Assembly: GCF_009914755.1 (NCBI RefSeq)
Contig: NC_060937.1
Reading direction: 5' to 3' (one strand)
From: the human T2T-CHM13v2.0 reference genome, Homo sapiens
Length of the DNA: 64,000 bases
A program made the position numbers and the translations under genes. The notes beneath the pieces are model-generated. The model did not search any database and was not told where the DNA came from. It saw only the letters and a program-made list of their open reading frames with translations. Positions 48,006-60,965 of the stretch are shown one piece after another (the first letter of the stretch is position 1; every line of letters starts with the position of its first letter).

Positions 48006-49492
48006 TTTGTAAACCAGTTCTTAAAGCAAAGGTGGTTTTAGCTGCTACTCTGTGAGTGGTGTCAAAGGTGTAAATCAATATGCATTAGCACACTATACTT
48101 ATACTGCATTAAATCTTCCCCAAGGATTTTGAAAAAAAAAAAAAAGCATCAGTTGCAACAGAAATACTCTTGGGAAGATGAAAAATAGAGTGATGTGGAT
48201 ATTATCCTTGTTGATATACCTGAAATATATACCCAGAGCTTTTTGCAAATACAGCATACAATCATCTGAATTAAGTGGAAAAGAGCCAGATGAAATGAAG
48301 ACCATTAAGTTTTTACAGCTAAAAAAACTCTCATTTCATCTTTATATTGTATAGGTTCATTAATATTTCAATCAATTACATAATTACAATAACAAATACG
48401 TCTGGCCTAAACATACAAAAACAAAACTGATTCTTGGTAAGCATATCATCTCTACTGATGGGGGCTTAGCGGTGCAGGCAAACCAGAGAGAACTCAGCAT
48501 CATCTCATGAGGGAACAGCACACGGAGCAGCCATCTGTGTTTTAAAGGAAGAGTGAAGAACATTGTTTGATCCATGAGTCCCTTAAGTGGAAGTCAAGAC
48601 CATTAAGGGGAGACAAGTTAAGAGAGCTATTATATATTCCAAAATTTTTTAAGGCCCGCTAGGCATTACACATCAATTAGAAGGGCTAAAATTTAAAACA
48701 CTGGCAATACCAATTTCTGGTAAAGATGTGGAGCAACAGAAACCCTCATTCATTTCTGATGGGAACACAAAATGGTACAGACACCTTGAAAGACAGTTTG
48801 GCAGCTCTTCACAAAGTTAAATAGAGTCTTACAATTTGATCCATCATTGAGCTCCTTAAGTGTTTAATTTGAAGGTTTATGTTCAAACTAACTAATTTGA
48901 AGGTTTATGTTCACACCAAAACTTGCACGTGAATGTTTATAGCAGCTTTATTCATAATTGCCAAAAACTGGGAGCAACCAAGCTGTCCTTCAGTGGATGA
49001 ATAGACAAACTGTGGTATCCATGCAATAAAATGCTATCCAGTAATTAAGAAGAAATGCACTATCAAGCCATGCCAAGAAATAGATGAATCTTAAATACAT
49101 ATGGCTAAGTAAAAGATGCCACCCTGAAAAGGCTGGATACGATGTGATTACACTTGTATGAAATTCTGGAAAAGGCAAAACTATAAAGACAGTAAACAAA
49201 TTTATGGTTGCCTGCAGATTGGGGAGAGAGAAATGTTGAATAGGTGAAGTGTGTGGGAATATTTTAGTACAGTAAAACTATTCTATATAATATTGCAATG
49301 GTGGATACATAACACTATACATTTGTCAAAATCCATAGAACTTTACAACACAAGGAATGAACCTTAATGTAAACAAATTTTTAAAAAATCATATAGGGGA
49401 ATCACAGGATGGTATGCACAATGTAACAAAACAATCCGACTCTATTACATATGTAGGAAACAACACAACTGAAAGGGTAGAGGGAAAGGGTA

Positions 49493-49907
49493 TGTATTAG
49501 TTCATTCTCACACTGCTACAAAGAAATACCCAAGACTGGGTAGTTTATGAAGAAAAGAAGTTTAAGTGGTTCATGGTTCTGCAGGCTGTACAGGAAGCGT
49601 AGCAGCTTCTGCTTCTGGGGAGGCCTCAGGGAACTTGCAATGATGGCGGAAGGCAAAGGAGGAGCAAGACACTTCACATGGCTGGCACAGGACAAAGTTG
49701 GGGGGAAGGTGCCATATACTTTTAAGCAACCAGATCTCACAAGAACTCACTCATTATCATGAAAACAGCACCAAGGAGGATGGTATTAAACCACGCATGA
49801 GAAACTGCCCTCATGTTTCAATCACCTCCCACCAAGCCTCACCTCCAACATTGGGGATTACAATTTAACATGAGAGTGACGTGGGGACATAGATCCAAGC
49901 CACATCA
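49493..49907 (-). mobile_element. MSTA/MSTB solo LTR
   Basis: 'tgtattag...ctgcaggctgtacaggaagc...cctccaacattggggattacaattt...ccacatca'. Confidence 0.88.
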
Positions 49908-49952
49908 GGTGCTGACCTAAGTAACTTTAGAAATGACCAGTCTATAAGACTA

Positions 49953-50378
<426 letters not shown>

Positions 50379-50560
50379 GAAATGGATGGCAGATGGCAGA
50401 TGTCAGATTTCTCACCATTGGAGCTGCAGTTTACAGATAAGCAAGGGGAGGTGGCTGGAATGATTCATGTGGTAATGGGTTAGAGCTAAAGACATCAGTA
50501 TGAACTCATAATTAGCTTAATATAGGTACAGATGATTATATATAGAAATATTTCTAAATT

Positions 50561-51268
50561 TATAACCGCCTGATGGGTTCTCTTTGCCCACTGCCTAGAC
50601 AGAGCCAATTTATCAAGACAGGAGAATTGAAATATAGAGTTTAATTCATTCAGTGCTGGCTGTACAGGAGACTGGAGTTTTATTGTAACTCAAATCAGTC
50701 TCCCAAAAAACTCAGGGATTGGGGTTTTTAAGACCAATTTGGTGGGTAGGGGGCAGTGAGTTGGGATTGCTGATTGGTTGGGCCGAAGCTGTCCTCTCGC
50801 ACTGAGTCAGTTCCTGAGTTGGGGCCACAAGACCAGATGAGCCAGTTTATCCATCTGGGTGGCATCAGCCTATCCATCAAGTACAGGGTCTGCAGTCTGC
50901 AAAATATCTCAAGCACTGGTCTTAGGTTTTACAATAGTGATGTTATCCTCAGGAGCAATTTGGAGAGGGTCCGAATTTTTAGCCTCCAGCTGCATGACTC
51001 CTAAATCGTCATTTCTAATCTTGTGGCTAATTTGTTAGTCCTACAAAGCCAGTCTAGTCCTCAGGTAGGAAGGGGGTTTGTTCCGGGAAGGGCTGTTATT
51101 GTCTTTGTTTCAAAGTTAAACTATAAACTAAGTTCCTCCCAAAGTTAGTTCAGCCTATGCCCAGGAATGAACAAGGGCAGCTCAGGGGTTAGAGGCAAGA
51201 TGGAGTTGGTTAGGTCAAATCTCTTACACTTGTCATAATTTTCTCAGAATTTTTCAATGGCAGTTTGA
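50561..51268 (-). mobile_element. LTR8/LTR8A solo LTR (ERV1)
   Basis: 'ctataaactaagttcctcccaaagttagttcagcctatgcccaggaatgaacaagg...caagatggagt'. Confidence 0.8.
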
Positions 51269-51296
51269 ATGTCTATAAACACATGGCTTATATATC

Positions 51297-51839
51297 TGTA
51301 AACCAAAAAGTCTCTGAGACATGTCTCAATCAGTTTAGAAGTTTATTTTGCCAAGGATAAGGACACGCATCTGGGAGACTGGGTCTGTGACTTTCTCCAA
51401 AGATAATTTTGAAGGTTGTAATATTTAAAGGGAAAAGGGCAGATACTGGCGAAAGAGGAAGAAATTTTTTAAAGGTGTGGGTAGATAGGAGACAAAGGGT
51501 TGCATTCTTTTGAGCTTTTGATCAGCCTTTCACCAAATACAAAATTTACAGGTCGGGGGCAAGGTAGAGGTCTGGCTCTGTGAATCTGCATTTTTACATA
51601 CGGTAAAATAAATAAACAATAGGGCCGAAGAAGCAATCAGATAGGCATTTGGTGAGCAGAGGGATGACTTTGAGTTCTGTCCTTTTCCCATACTTGTGAA
51701 GATGAGCTATCAACTTACGTTGCCAGGGTGAAATTCAACAGAATAAAACAGGAGGCAGGTTTGCCTGACGCAGTTCCCAGCTTGACTTTTCCCTTTGGCT
51801 TAGTGATTTGGGAGTCCCGAGATTTATTTTCCTTTCACG
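51297..51839 (-). mobile_element. MER4A/MER4A1 solo LTR
   Basis: Reverse complement starts 'gtgaaaggaaaataaatctcggga...aaaagtcaagctgggaactgcgtcaggcaaacc'; 4-bp TSD tatc. Confidence 0.85.
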
Positions 51840-52016
51840 TATCTCTTTGCTCCGTCAGCTAAGAGGGCCAAGAAGTAATGACACCCCTGCAGCCACAAGC
51901 ACACCTAATGCCCAGATCTTTGTCTCTAATGCCATTCTCCAATAAAAGGAACCAAGGGTCCTTGGAGAAATGGCTGAATCTCGGACTAGAGCAGGAAATA
52001 ATACAAGATAGGACTG

Positions 52017-52331
52017 TGTTGGAGGAAAAACCGGGTTCTTGTCACAAGATCAGGAAAGAATAGGCTCGCAGTCACTTTGAAGGGTGAGGGAGAATGGAAG
52101 TTATTGGGTGAAAAGGAAAAAGTTAGAACAACACAGCAAAGTGAGATGAGGTCCTGCTAACAGGCGGGCTCTCCACCTCACGGATTGAATCCCAGGTTAC
52201 CACACAGGAACAGGAGGGGCCAGGCTCCTCCCCGCTGCAAACGGGGCAAACTTCCCCGGCTCCACCCCACTCTCCCAGTGCGCAGGCCAGTTGGAGATTC
52301 TCCGGGGTCCCCTTTGTATTTGGCTGTCTCA
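52017..52331 (-). mobile_element. MER61 (A/B-like) solo LTR
   Basis: Reverse complement starts 'tgagacagccaaat...ggagaatctccaactggcctgcgcactgggag'; flanks actg/gctg. Confidence 0.7.
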
Positions 52332-52701
52332 GCTGGAGCATCTTATAGTGCCTGAAATCAAGAAAGTGCTCAAAAAAGTAAAGAAAAATGTTAAAACTCC
52401 ACAAGGATGTGGGTATATCAAAGGGGTACAGGAACAAAGTGAAAGAGTTCTCTGTGCCTGAAGGTAGAACGATTTGAGCAACAATATTAAGTAGTATTAG
52501 ATTATAACACAAAACACAAAATAAGTATCCACAAGTCTATAATGGCATAAATAAGTGACTGAATAAATAAATAAATGGGGAGAAGAGACAAGTCTCCTGT
52601 GCAGAATTCCATTAATACATGTACATACTCTGCCCAGAATCCCAGTTCTACAAAATACCTGAGGAGTACTTCTCAAAATCGTCAAGGTCAACAAAAACAA
52701 G

Positions 52702-53307
52702 TGATACAGGGGGTAGAAAGAAATTATTTAGGCAGATAGTAGGGCAAAAGAGTCCTCGGCAGAGCTTCCCTTCTAACAAAAAGCAGCCCAAGAAATTATT
52801 TTTTTCCTAAGAAAGAGCAGCCTGAAAAATCGAGCTGCAAACATAGATAAGCAAGCTGGATGCCAGCATTCACAGGAGAATGCCAGCAGCTGTGCCAATA
52901 GAAAACAGCTACCTGGGAGCCAGGAGTGTCCAACATGGAGGCTCCGTCTTCCATTTGTTTGTTACCATGTGTACGGTAATAAAAAAATGGCGCAACTCAG
53001 GCAGAGAACCTACCTCCATAATAAAAGATTAGAGTGGGGGCTACCAGATATTCACGCCCTATGCAAATGGCACACCTGGTCTAACCAGTCTTCCTCCTTA
53101 CCAGCTCATCTATAAAACCCCCGGCATTTCACCACAGATCAAGCAACCCGTTTTCCAGCACCCCACTCTGCAGAAGAGAGCTCTTCTCTTTCTTTCGCTT
53201 ATGAAACCTCTGCTATCAACCTCACCCTTTGTGTGTGCCTGCCCTCGTTCTCCATGGACATGAGACAATGAACCTCGGGTGCTATTCCAGACAGTGAGGC
53301 CATTTCA
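52702..53307 (+). mobile_element. LTR9-family solo LTR (ERV1, HUERS-P3)
   Basis: 'tgatacagg...aagaaattatttaggcagatagt...gagtcctcggca...ccatttca', ~606 bp; flanks caag/aaag. Confidence 0.7.
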
Positions 53308-53573
53308 AAAGGAAAATCTGAGAAACTGTCACAGCCAAGAAGAGCCTAAGAGGATATGATGACTAAAAGTAATACGGGATTCTGGGTGAGACCATAGAAC
53401 AGAAAAAGAACATTAGGTAAAAATGAAGGAAATATGAATAGAGTATGAATTTTAGTTAATAACCATATATCGATATTGCTTCGCTAATTACGACAGATGT
53501 GCCACACGAAATGTAAGATGTTAGTCATGGAGGAAGCTTGGGGTAGGATATATAGGAACTCTGTACTATATCT

Positions 53574-53767
53574 GTAATTTTTCTGTAAATGTAAAACTCT
53601 TCTAAAATAAATGTGTATTTTTTCAAAGTAAGCTAGGTTAGAAAAGTCACTCATTAGCTGAGTGACTTTTTTCTGTAAATGTAAGAGAGTAATTTTTCTG
53701 TAAATGTAAAACTCTTCTAAAATAAGTGTGTATTTTTTCAAAGTAAGCTAGGTTAGAAAAGTCACTC
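53574..53767. repeat. 79-bp direct duplication with 36-bp templated spacer
   Basis: 53574-53652 vs 53689-53767 identical at 78/79 positions. Confidence 0.92.
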
Positions 53768-54181
53768 TAGATTTCATTAGAAAAGGAAATCTGCCTTTGG
53801 AGGAAATTATTACTTAACTATTACTATATACCAAACAATTAAAAATTTATTCCTAAATCTTAGCCCTATTCACAAAATTACAGCACAGCTGAATAGATAG
53901 GTCAAACCTCCTATTAACAACGCACTATTTAACATTTGCTAATTTGGAGAAGCTGGGAAAGAAATTGCATACTTTTAAGTGAAAATAAGACATTCACTAA
54001 AGGGTCTTAGCCAAAAGAAAAGATTTAAAATATTTAAAATATAGATGTAATTATAGTATAGAGTGCTATTTATATTTATTCATCAGAATTAAATAAGGTT
54101 TTAGGTGTCGCAGATAGCAAGGAAGAGTGATTAATGAGTCAATGAGAAGGACTCAGTATAAACTGTATTATTAAGAGTTTT

Positions 54182-54503
<322 letters not shown>

Positions 54504-54831
54504 TCAAGTGAAAGAATGTATGTATATTTTACAGCAAAGACCCAGACTTGGCCACCCTTTTCCTTCCCTGGCATATGTAAACAAGACCAAATTGCCTACT
54601 TCAGCTATAGCGACATGTGCAAAACTCTGATGCTCCTACCTGATATCCTTGCTGAGACTATGAGACACTGCTTGGCCTTTTGTTTTAACATTGCATTGTG
54701 CGGATTTATTATAGGCTAGATCTTGGGTAGAACTGAAGCATTGGAATGATGCTGTACTAGGAGAGTCATCCTGTGGGAATAACTTTTAAGCGATGCCTAT
54801 GTGTAAGGAGGTCTTTCAAAACCAAAAAATT

Positions 54832-54979
54832 GGCCAGGTTTGATGGCTCATGCCTGTAATCCCAGCACTTTGGGAGGCCAAGGCGGGCAGATCACCTGAG
54901 GAAGAGGTTGCAGTGAGCCGAGATCGCACCACTGCCCTCCAGCCTGGGCAACAAAATGAGACTATATCTCAAAAAAAAA
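54832..54979 (+). mobile_element. AluS with large internal deletion (left-arm start fused to right-arm end)
   Basis: 'atcacctgagg|aagaggttgcagtgagccgag'; flanks aaaaaatt. Confidence 0.9.
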
Positions 54980-56289
54980 TTTTCTGTAGAGAATAGTTTG
55001 GTGGTCAAGTCCACTTAAGTGTAAATGGCTTACTGTAGTATTGCATCCTGATCCTAGACAACAGGGAAGTCACACCATTTTCTAGGTTAAAACAAGGCCC
55101 CTGGAGGGCATAGTCCTATTAGAACCACGCATTGTAAGTGAATGGTATTGACCCTGCTGACTACAGAACTGAACAAGAGAGAACCAGCCTTGCCCAAGCT
55201 ACAGATTGGTGCTATTTCATCTGAAAAACTAGGAAAAGGAACCTGAGCTTCTGCTCTAGAAGAGAGGAGAGGGAGAGCAGGTCAGAATGACCCCACAGTT
55301 GCCTGGGATACCAAGGTTACCCAAGTGTCCTCACAGTTTATGAAAGAAAAATGCACGGAGTTTATGTCAACCATGACTAAGTAAACAGCTTTTGAAAAGG
55401 CAGGCAGGACATGGATAAGCTCAAGGAAGCAACCAGCAATACAAGGAGGCGGCAACCATGGAGAAGGGGTATACCATTGGCCGGCTAGATGAGAAGTAGC
55501 CATGTGGTGGTTACCTGTGGCAAAAGAACACCCACGATGCTTAGGGCTTACAAAGACTCTGGCTTGTGTGTTTTCTTTGTGAGTTGACTCTTATGTTCTA
55601 AACCATCCATAAGTAAACAGCTTCTCCTCACCACAAAGCTTGCATGTCTGCTGTTTCCAAGTTGAAGGAGTCATAAGACTCTCACACAAGCCATCCAAAA
55701 GCTGCTTCAAACTGCAAATGACTTTGAGTTCATGGAGGCAAGGATCCTTGCCACTAATTTCCCCAAACCGTAGCAAGAGCACTAGGTACCAGTTATGATC
55801 CACCATCTTAAGGGGCATGTCCTTTTAGACGAGATCCTTTTAAGCCAAAGTTCCATAAGAAGCAGGCAAAGGGCAGAATCTTTGGGGAGCATGCTGAATA
55901 CAGCGCAAATGTCACCAGCGATCCAAGAATTCTCTGCAGCTGTTCAGCCTTTACAGACATGGGTCCTCTTGGATATTTCTGGGTCAGAATTAGCACCCAT
56001 GATCCCTACAATCCCTTACATTGTTTGGCTGACATTCTTCCTGCCCTTTCTGAGAAAGTGTTTGACCTGCAAGTGTGGGACAGAAAGCCAAAGAGCTTCT
56101 TGATGTGTTAGTCCCCTAAATAGCTATGCTTTCCCTTTAGACTTGCAAAGTCACTGGGCTACACAGCAACGGTGGACCATAGTTGACCCTAATAAAGGAA
56201 ATTACTGGACTAGGCTAAGCCTACTCCCTTAACTCTAGATCTAAAAATGCAATGGATGACATTACCATTTCCATACCTACAGTAGTCCT

Positions 56290-56430
56290 CAGCTCACAGT
56301 GAAAAGAGGGCTGAGCTGAGATTGGAGCACTTGGCTTCCTACCATTGCTTCTAACCTTGTAACCCTGGAAAAGTCATCTGAACTCTCTGAGCCTTCATTC
56401 TTGCTCTCTTTAAAACAGGGGAAGGCATGT
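56290..56430 (+). mobile_element. MIR fragment
   Basis: 'gtaaccctggaaaagtca...aactctctgagcct...taaaacagggg'. Confidence 0.55.
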
Positions 56431-56434
56431 ATTT

Positions 56435-56919
56435 GCAGGGTGGAGCAGTCCCCTGGCTCCTCTAGCTTCACTCTCCACCTTTTGCGATCTACTTTCCGTC
56501 CTCGGAGGCTGACTTGTAGGAATGACATCACAGGGCTCTTTTGCCCTGTGGCTTCCAGTTTGCCATCAGGGACTCCCAAGAAGAGATTAGGAGGGAATCC
56601 CAAGAGTGAGGGTGGGGTACTCATCTGCCCCCTGCTCTGTTCCTGTGGGATCTCCTGGGAGTAGCAATGTCCCTCTCCTGAAGTTCCCTGCTCTCTCGAG
56701 GCAGCCCTGTCTACCCAGTCCTCCCCTTTCAGCTTCTGGTAATGGGTCCCTTGCCAGGCCCCTCAGCCCAGCAGGATAACAACTAGCCCTGGGTTATTAT
56801 ACCATCCTGTATGGTTCCCTATTCCTGCCTTTGTGGATGGTTTAGTAAGTTTAGACCTTCCTTAAAGTCCCTCAGTTTGAGAATGCAAACTGTTTCCTGC
56901 TGAGACCGTGACTAATACA
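56435..56919 (+). mobile_element. LTR33-like ERVL LTR
   Basis: 'ggaggctgac...ccctgtggcttcca' and end 'ctgtttcctgctgagaccgtgactaataca'. Confidence 0.55.
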
Positions 56920-57567
56920 ATGAGCTAGATTTGAGGAATGCTGAGCGTCTTCGGGGGCCTTCTTGGATTCCATTTGCACTTTGATTTGAATTTTATGACT
57001 GCCAGATCTGATGGGAGATTGAAACCAGCTTCCATAGCTTCAATTATGAGTTTTGGATTTTTCACAATAGTTTTACTGTTCTCACTGACCGATGCTAACA
57101 CAAATCAACAAAATACATTTCCACTTGCAAATACGCCTCATTGGAAAAATGCCACTTTATTTGTTTCATGTATCAGGATATCGTCTAAATTTTATTGAAG
57201 AAAAAAGGGAAGAGGGACTTTACTGCTTTAAAATGTTTGGTAACCGCAGGTTACCAAAACGCAGGTGGATGGCTTCTGGGATCCTTCCCAGATTCTAAGG
57301 CTCTAAAGCTCACATTGTGAGGACTTGGGAAATGCTTAGCCTATCTCAACTGTGCTTCCGGGCAATAAAACAGGGGGTGACACCCCCTATAGGTGAAAGT
57401 ATAGGAATAATTCTGGGCTTCCTCCCACAGACCATACCCACCCTGCCCAAGGTGCCAGCCACTGGGGCCTGAAACCTGGCAAAGGTGATGGGGTGTAACA
57501 GTGTCTCACCCTCCTCCCCTATTCCCTCAGCCTGAGTGGTTCATTCTTCTCACTGATATCTCTCTTA

Positions 57568-58165
57568 TGTAAACCAAAAATAAAATTCTAAGCCCCCCAA
57601 CCATCTGAATGGACCCCTCCTCTCGGCCAAGGCCATTCCAAAATTAACCTGGAAAACCAGTTCAGGCCATGATGGGAAGGGGAAGTTGGACACACCTCAT
57701 GATACCCTCCCTTTTGGGATTACTAACTCTTTAAGTCTGATAGAAACGTTTACACTCTATTCTCTCTGAAGCCTGCTCTACCTGGAGGCTTCATCTGCGT
57801 GACAAAACCTCAGTCTCCACAACCCCTTATCATAACCCAGGTATTTCTTTCTATTGATTCTGGGTCTTTAGATAATAACTCCTTCAACCAATTGCCAATC
57901 AGAAAATCTTTGAATCTGTCTATGGCCTGGAAGCCCCGACCCTTGCCAGTTGTCCCATGTTTGTAGATGAACCAATGTACATCTTACATGTACTGATTGA
58001 TGCCTATGTCTCCCTAAAATGTATAAAACCAAGTTGTAGCCCAGCCACCTTTGGCACATGTTCTCAGGATCTCCTGAGGGCTGTGTCACAGGCCATTGGT
58101 CACTCATATTTGGCTCAGAATATATCTTTTCAAATATTTTACAGAGTTTGACTCTTTTGTTGACA
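57568..58165 (+). mobile_element. MER4B/E-like solo LTR
   Basis: 'tgtaaaccaaaaataaaattctaagcccccc...ttttacagagtttgactcttttgttgaca'; flanks ctta/ttta. Confidence 0.85.
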
Positions 58166-58449
58166 TTTAGTAACATAACATTACTCATAGCTGCCTACCA
58201 TTTCCTGATAGCCTACTATGTGCCAAGCACTGTGCTTAATGCTTTATATATGTGACTGGTAACTGATAGACTGGTAGTTTCCCACGCTGTGATGCCATGA
58301 GCCCAATTACGCTGACCAGCAGAAGGTCCAGCCCCTGCCCATCTGATTCCCTCATATCCAGGAGGAATCTGTTCACTCACCCATGTCAGGAGGAGATTTT
58401 CAGGCTGTCCTGCCTGCTTCAGTCTCCTTACACCAAAACTCAGTCAAAA

Positions 58450-59245
58450 TGAAATGGGAGAGTTCCCTGATGCCCTGGCAGGATGTGCCACAGGGGTGTG
58501 GCTTGTCTGTTCTGCCTCCACCGCTGCTCAAACCCCTTACAGGAGGGGGAGCATGCAGGTGGGCAGGTGCAGGAGCCAGGATGAGCACTTTTGAGCTCCA
58601 GCCGCACAGTGGTGTCTAGGGGTGTGTGCCTGTGACTTTGAAGCCCCGGTGGGCATGCTACAGTGCTCTTTTAGCTCTGCCATCTGCAGATAGCTTAAGT
58701 GTTAACCATCTCAGTGTCCTCTTGGCACCCATGTATCCACACACGTACCCAGGTTCTTGTCTGGTGTCCAGGAAGAATCAGGTCACACATGGACTTGAAG
58801 GATGGTGAATGCAGGGATTTTACTGGGTGACAGAGGTGGCACTCAGTGGGATGGATGGGGGCTGGAAAGGGGATGGAGTAGGAAGATGATCTTCCTTTGG
58901 AGTTCAGCTGTCCCGTGGCCGATCTACTCACTGACCGTCCCAAGCCAAACTCCTCTCAAAACTCAAACGCTCCTTTTCTTCTCTCCTTTTCTGGTGCGCC
59001 ACTCTTCTGTTCCTCTGCTCTTCTGTTCATCTATCTGTCTGCTCATCAGCTTGTGGAGCCTAGGGTTTGGGGTTTATATGGGTACAGGATAGGGAGGTGT
59101 CATAGGCCAAAAATGCAACATTTGGGTGCAAAAACAGGAATGCCTGTTCCCATTTATTGCCACAGGTTTCCAGGCTTGGGGATGGGGCCTATGCCAGGGA
59201 ACTGCCCTCTTCTGCCCAGTATTTCCCTGTCCCCTGTCCGTATCA
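58450..59245 (-). mobile_element. LTR1-family solo LTR (second copy, antisense)
   Basis: Reverse complement starts 'tgatacggacaggggacagggaaatactggg'; homologous to 44175-44888. Confidence 0.75.
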
Positions 59246-59799
59246 AGAAGAATTTCACTCTAAGCTATACAAGGTCTTTCTTTAGGCAATTCCCCTGAGC
59301 CACTCCTCTAAGGCCAAAGTCTGTCTTCAGGAAGGCTAGGTAGGGACAAGCAGAAAATGGGACTGCCTCTCAAGGGACAAGGGCCATCTGATTCTTCTCT
59401 CTTCACTCACTCAAGGCCAAAGGCACCCACCACCACGATCTCCACAGCCCACTTCTTTCTACCCTGTTGGTAGTTTTATTTCAGGGCCCTCCTCACCCTG
59501 ACCCTGCTCAGCGTCCTCCTGAACCTTCCTGAAGACTGTTCTGAGCTTCAAATCTTAGGGACAAGAGGTTAGAATCTTAGTCCCTTCTTTCTTAGAAAGT
59601 ATAGAACTCCTCATACAAACTGTTGAAGGTTCACCCCAGTACTTTGCTTTTCAAACCCTATGAGGTGGGAAGTGATTTCCCTCCCCAACTTAACCCCAGT
59701 AGTAACTCAAGTCTTCACCAAAGTGACATTTGTGGTCTCTACCAAAAGTAGCTGGCCAATATTTTAGCACCCAATTCACCAAGCACTGCTGAGTGTGCA

Positions 59800-59935
59800 T
59801 ACCTGGTTTACTCACCTCTATCATTCGATGCTTACAGCTGAGAAAATCAAGACTCAGAGAAGTTAAATAACTTGCCCAAGATCTCTCAGCTAGATTTTGA
59901 AACTAAGTTAATTAAATTTCACAGCCCAAGCTTGA
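59800..59935 (-). mobile_element. MIR fragment
   Basis: 'ttacagctgagaaaatcaagactcagagaagttaaataacttgcccaagatc'. Confidence 0.7.
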
Positions 59936-60464
59936 TCCAGGTGGTAGCTCCATTCTCTACGCATCCCTTCTTTGTTTCTTTTAATAAGGTCACAACCGTT
60001 GAATAATCGTGATGATGGAGCTTCGGAGGCCGCAACTTAGGGTAGCCCTGGCCCTACACCCTGAAAAGGTTCATCTGCATTTTCTTTTTGTAGAGTGAAA
60101 GAAGATGCAAACAATGATTCCTATTTCAAATTTCTGATATGAAAAGAAATCTCTGGAATAAATCCTGCTGCTCTGGTTTTAAATTAATCTTGTATTGTCA
60201 GGAGACCATGAGTTTAAAACTGAGCACTTGGGGAGCCAGGGGTAATTTTTAGAATCACAGTGAATGACAGAGCAAACAGAGGCTCAAAGTCAGAGTCAGG
60301 CACATGTCTCTGATGAATGAGCTAGCAAAAAAATGTTGTTCTACTACAGTTCAAACCGCCAAAGTCAGATGAGGCTGTTTTTAGAATATATAAAGGTTCT
60401 GCTAAGTTCATCTCAAGTTCAGCAATGTAAAAGAAGTGCTCCATTGGCAATACAATACAGAAGG

Positions 60465-60678
60465 AGGAGCTCCAACCTTGGAGGCAGAAAAGTGGGCTTC
60501 AATCCCAGCCCGGCCTTGGGCACAGTATCTAACTTCTCTGAAGCTCAGAAGCCTCATCTATAAGACGGAGACGATGGTGCATACCTTGTTGTAAAGAGTC
60601 AAAGAGATAACATATCCCCAGCCCCAGAACAGTCCTGATACATGGAAGACACTAAGTATTCAACATTCAGATGAATGA
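60465..60678 (+). mobile_element. MIR fragment
   Basis: 'aatcccagc...ccttgggca...taacttctctgaagctcag...cctcatctataa'. Confidence 0.6.
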
Positions 60679-60699
60679 CGGGATAAAGCCCCTGATATC

Positions 60700-60965
60700 A
60701 ATCACAGACACACTCAGTGAGGATTAGTTCCCTTCGCTCAGTCAACGCCATGAGTGTGGTCAAGATCATCTGGGGGAGAATAAGGAATGAGAGGTGAAGG
60801 AGCCAAGAGGCACACCAGGAGACATCAGAAAGACTCAGGAGGAACTGGAAGGAGGTGGGTGGCAAGCAGGGGAGAGGGAGACGGGAGCCCAGAGGGAAGG
60901 GGCTTATAGACAGGGAGATGTCCACAGTTAGATGCTGAAGATAAGCACTGAAATATATCCAGATA
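60700..60965 (-). mobile_element. L2 fragment
   Basis: 'gagtgtggtcaagatcatctggggga...aagataagcactgaaa'. Confidence 0.45.

Noticed and set aside
55795-56103. 102-aa ORF in unique DNA
   Set aside because: No domain similarity or promoter context; length expected by chance
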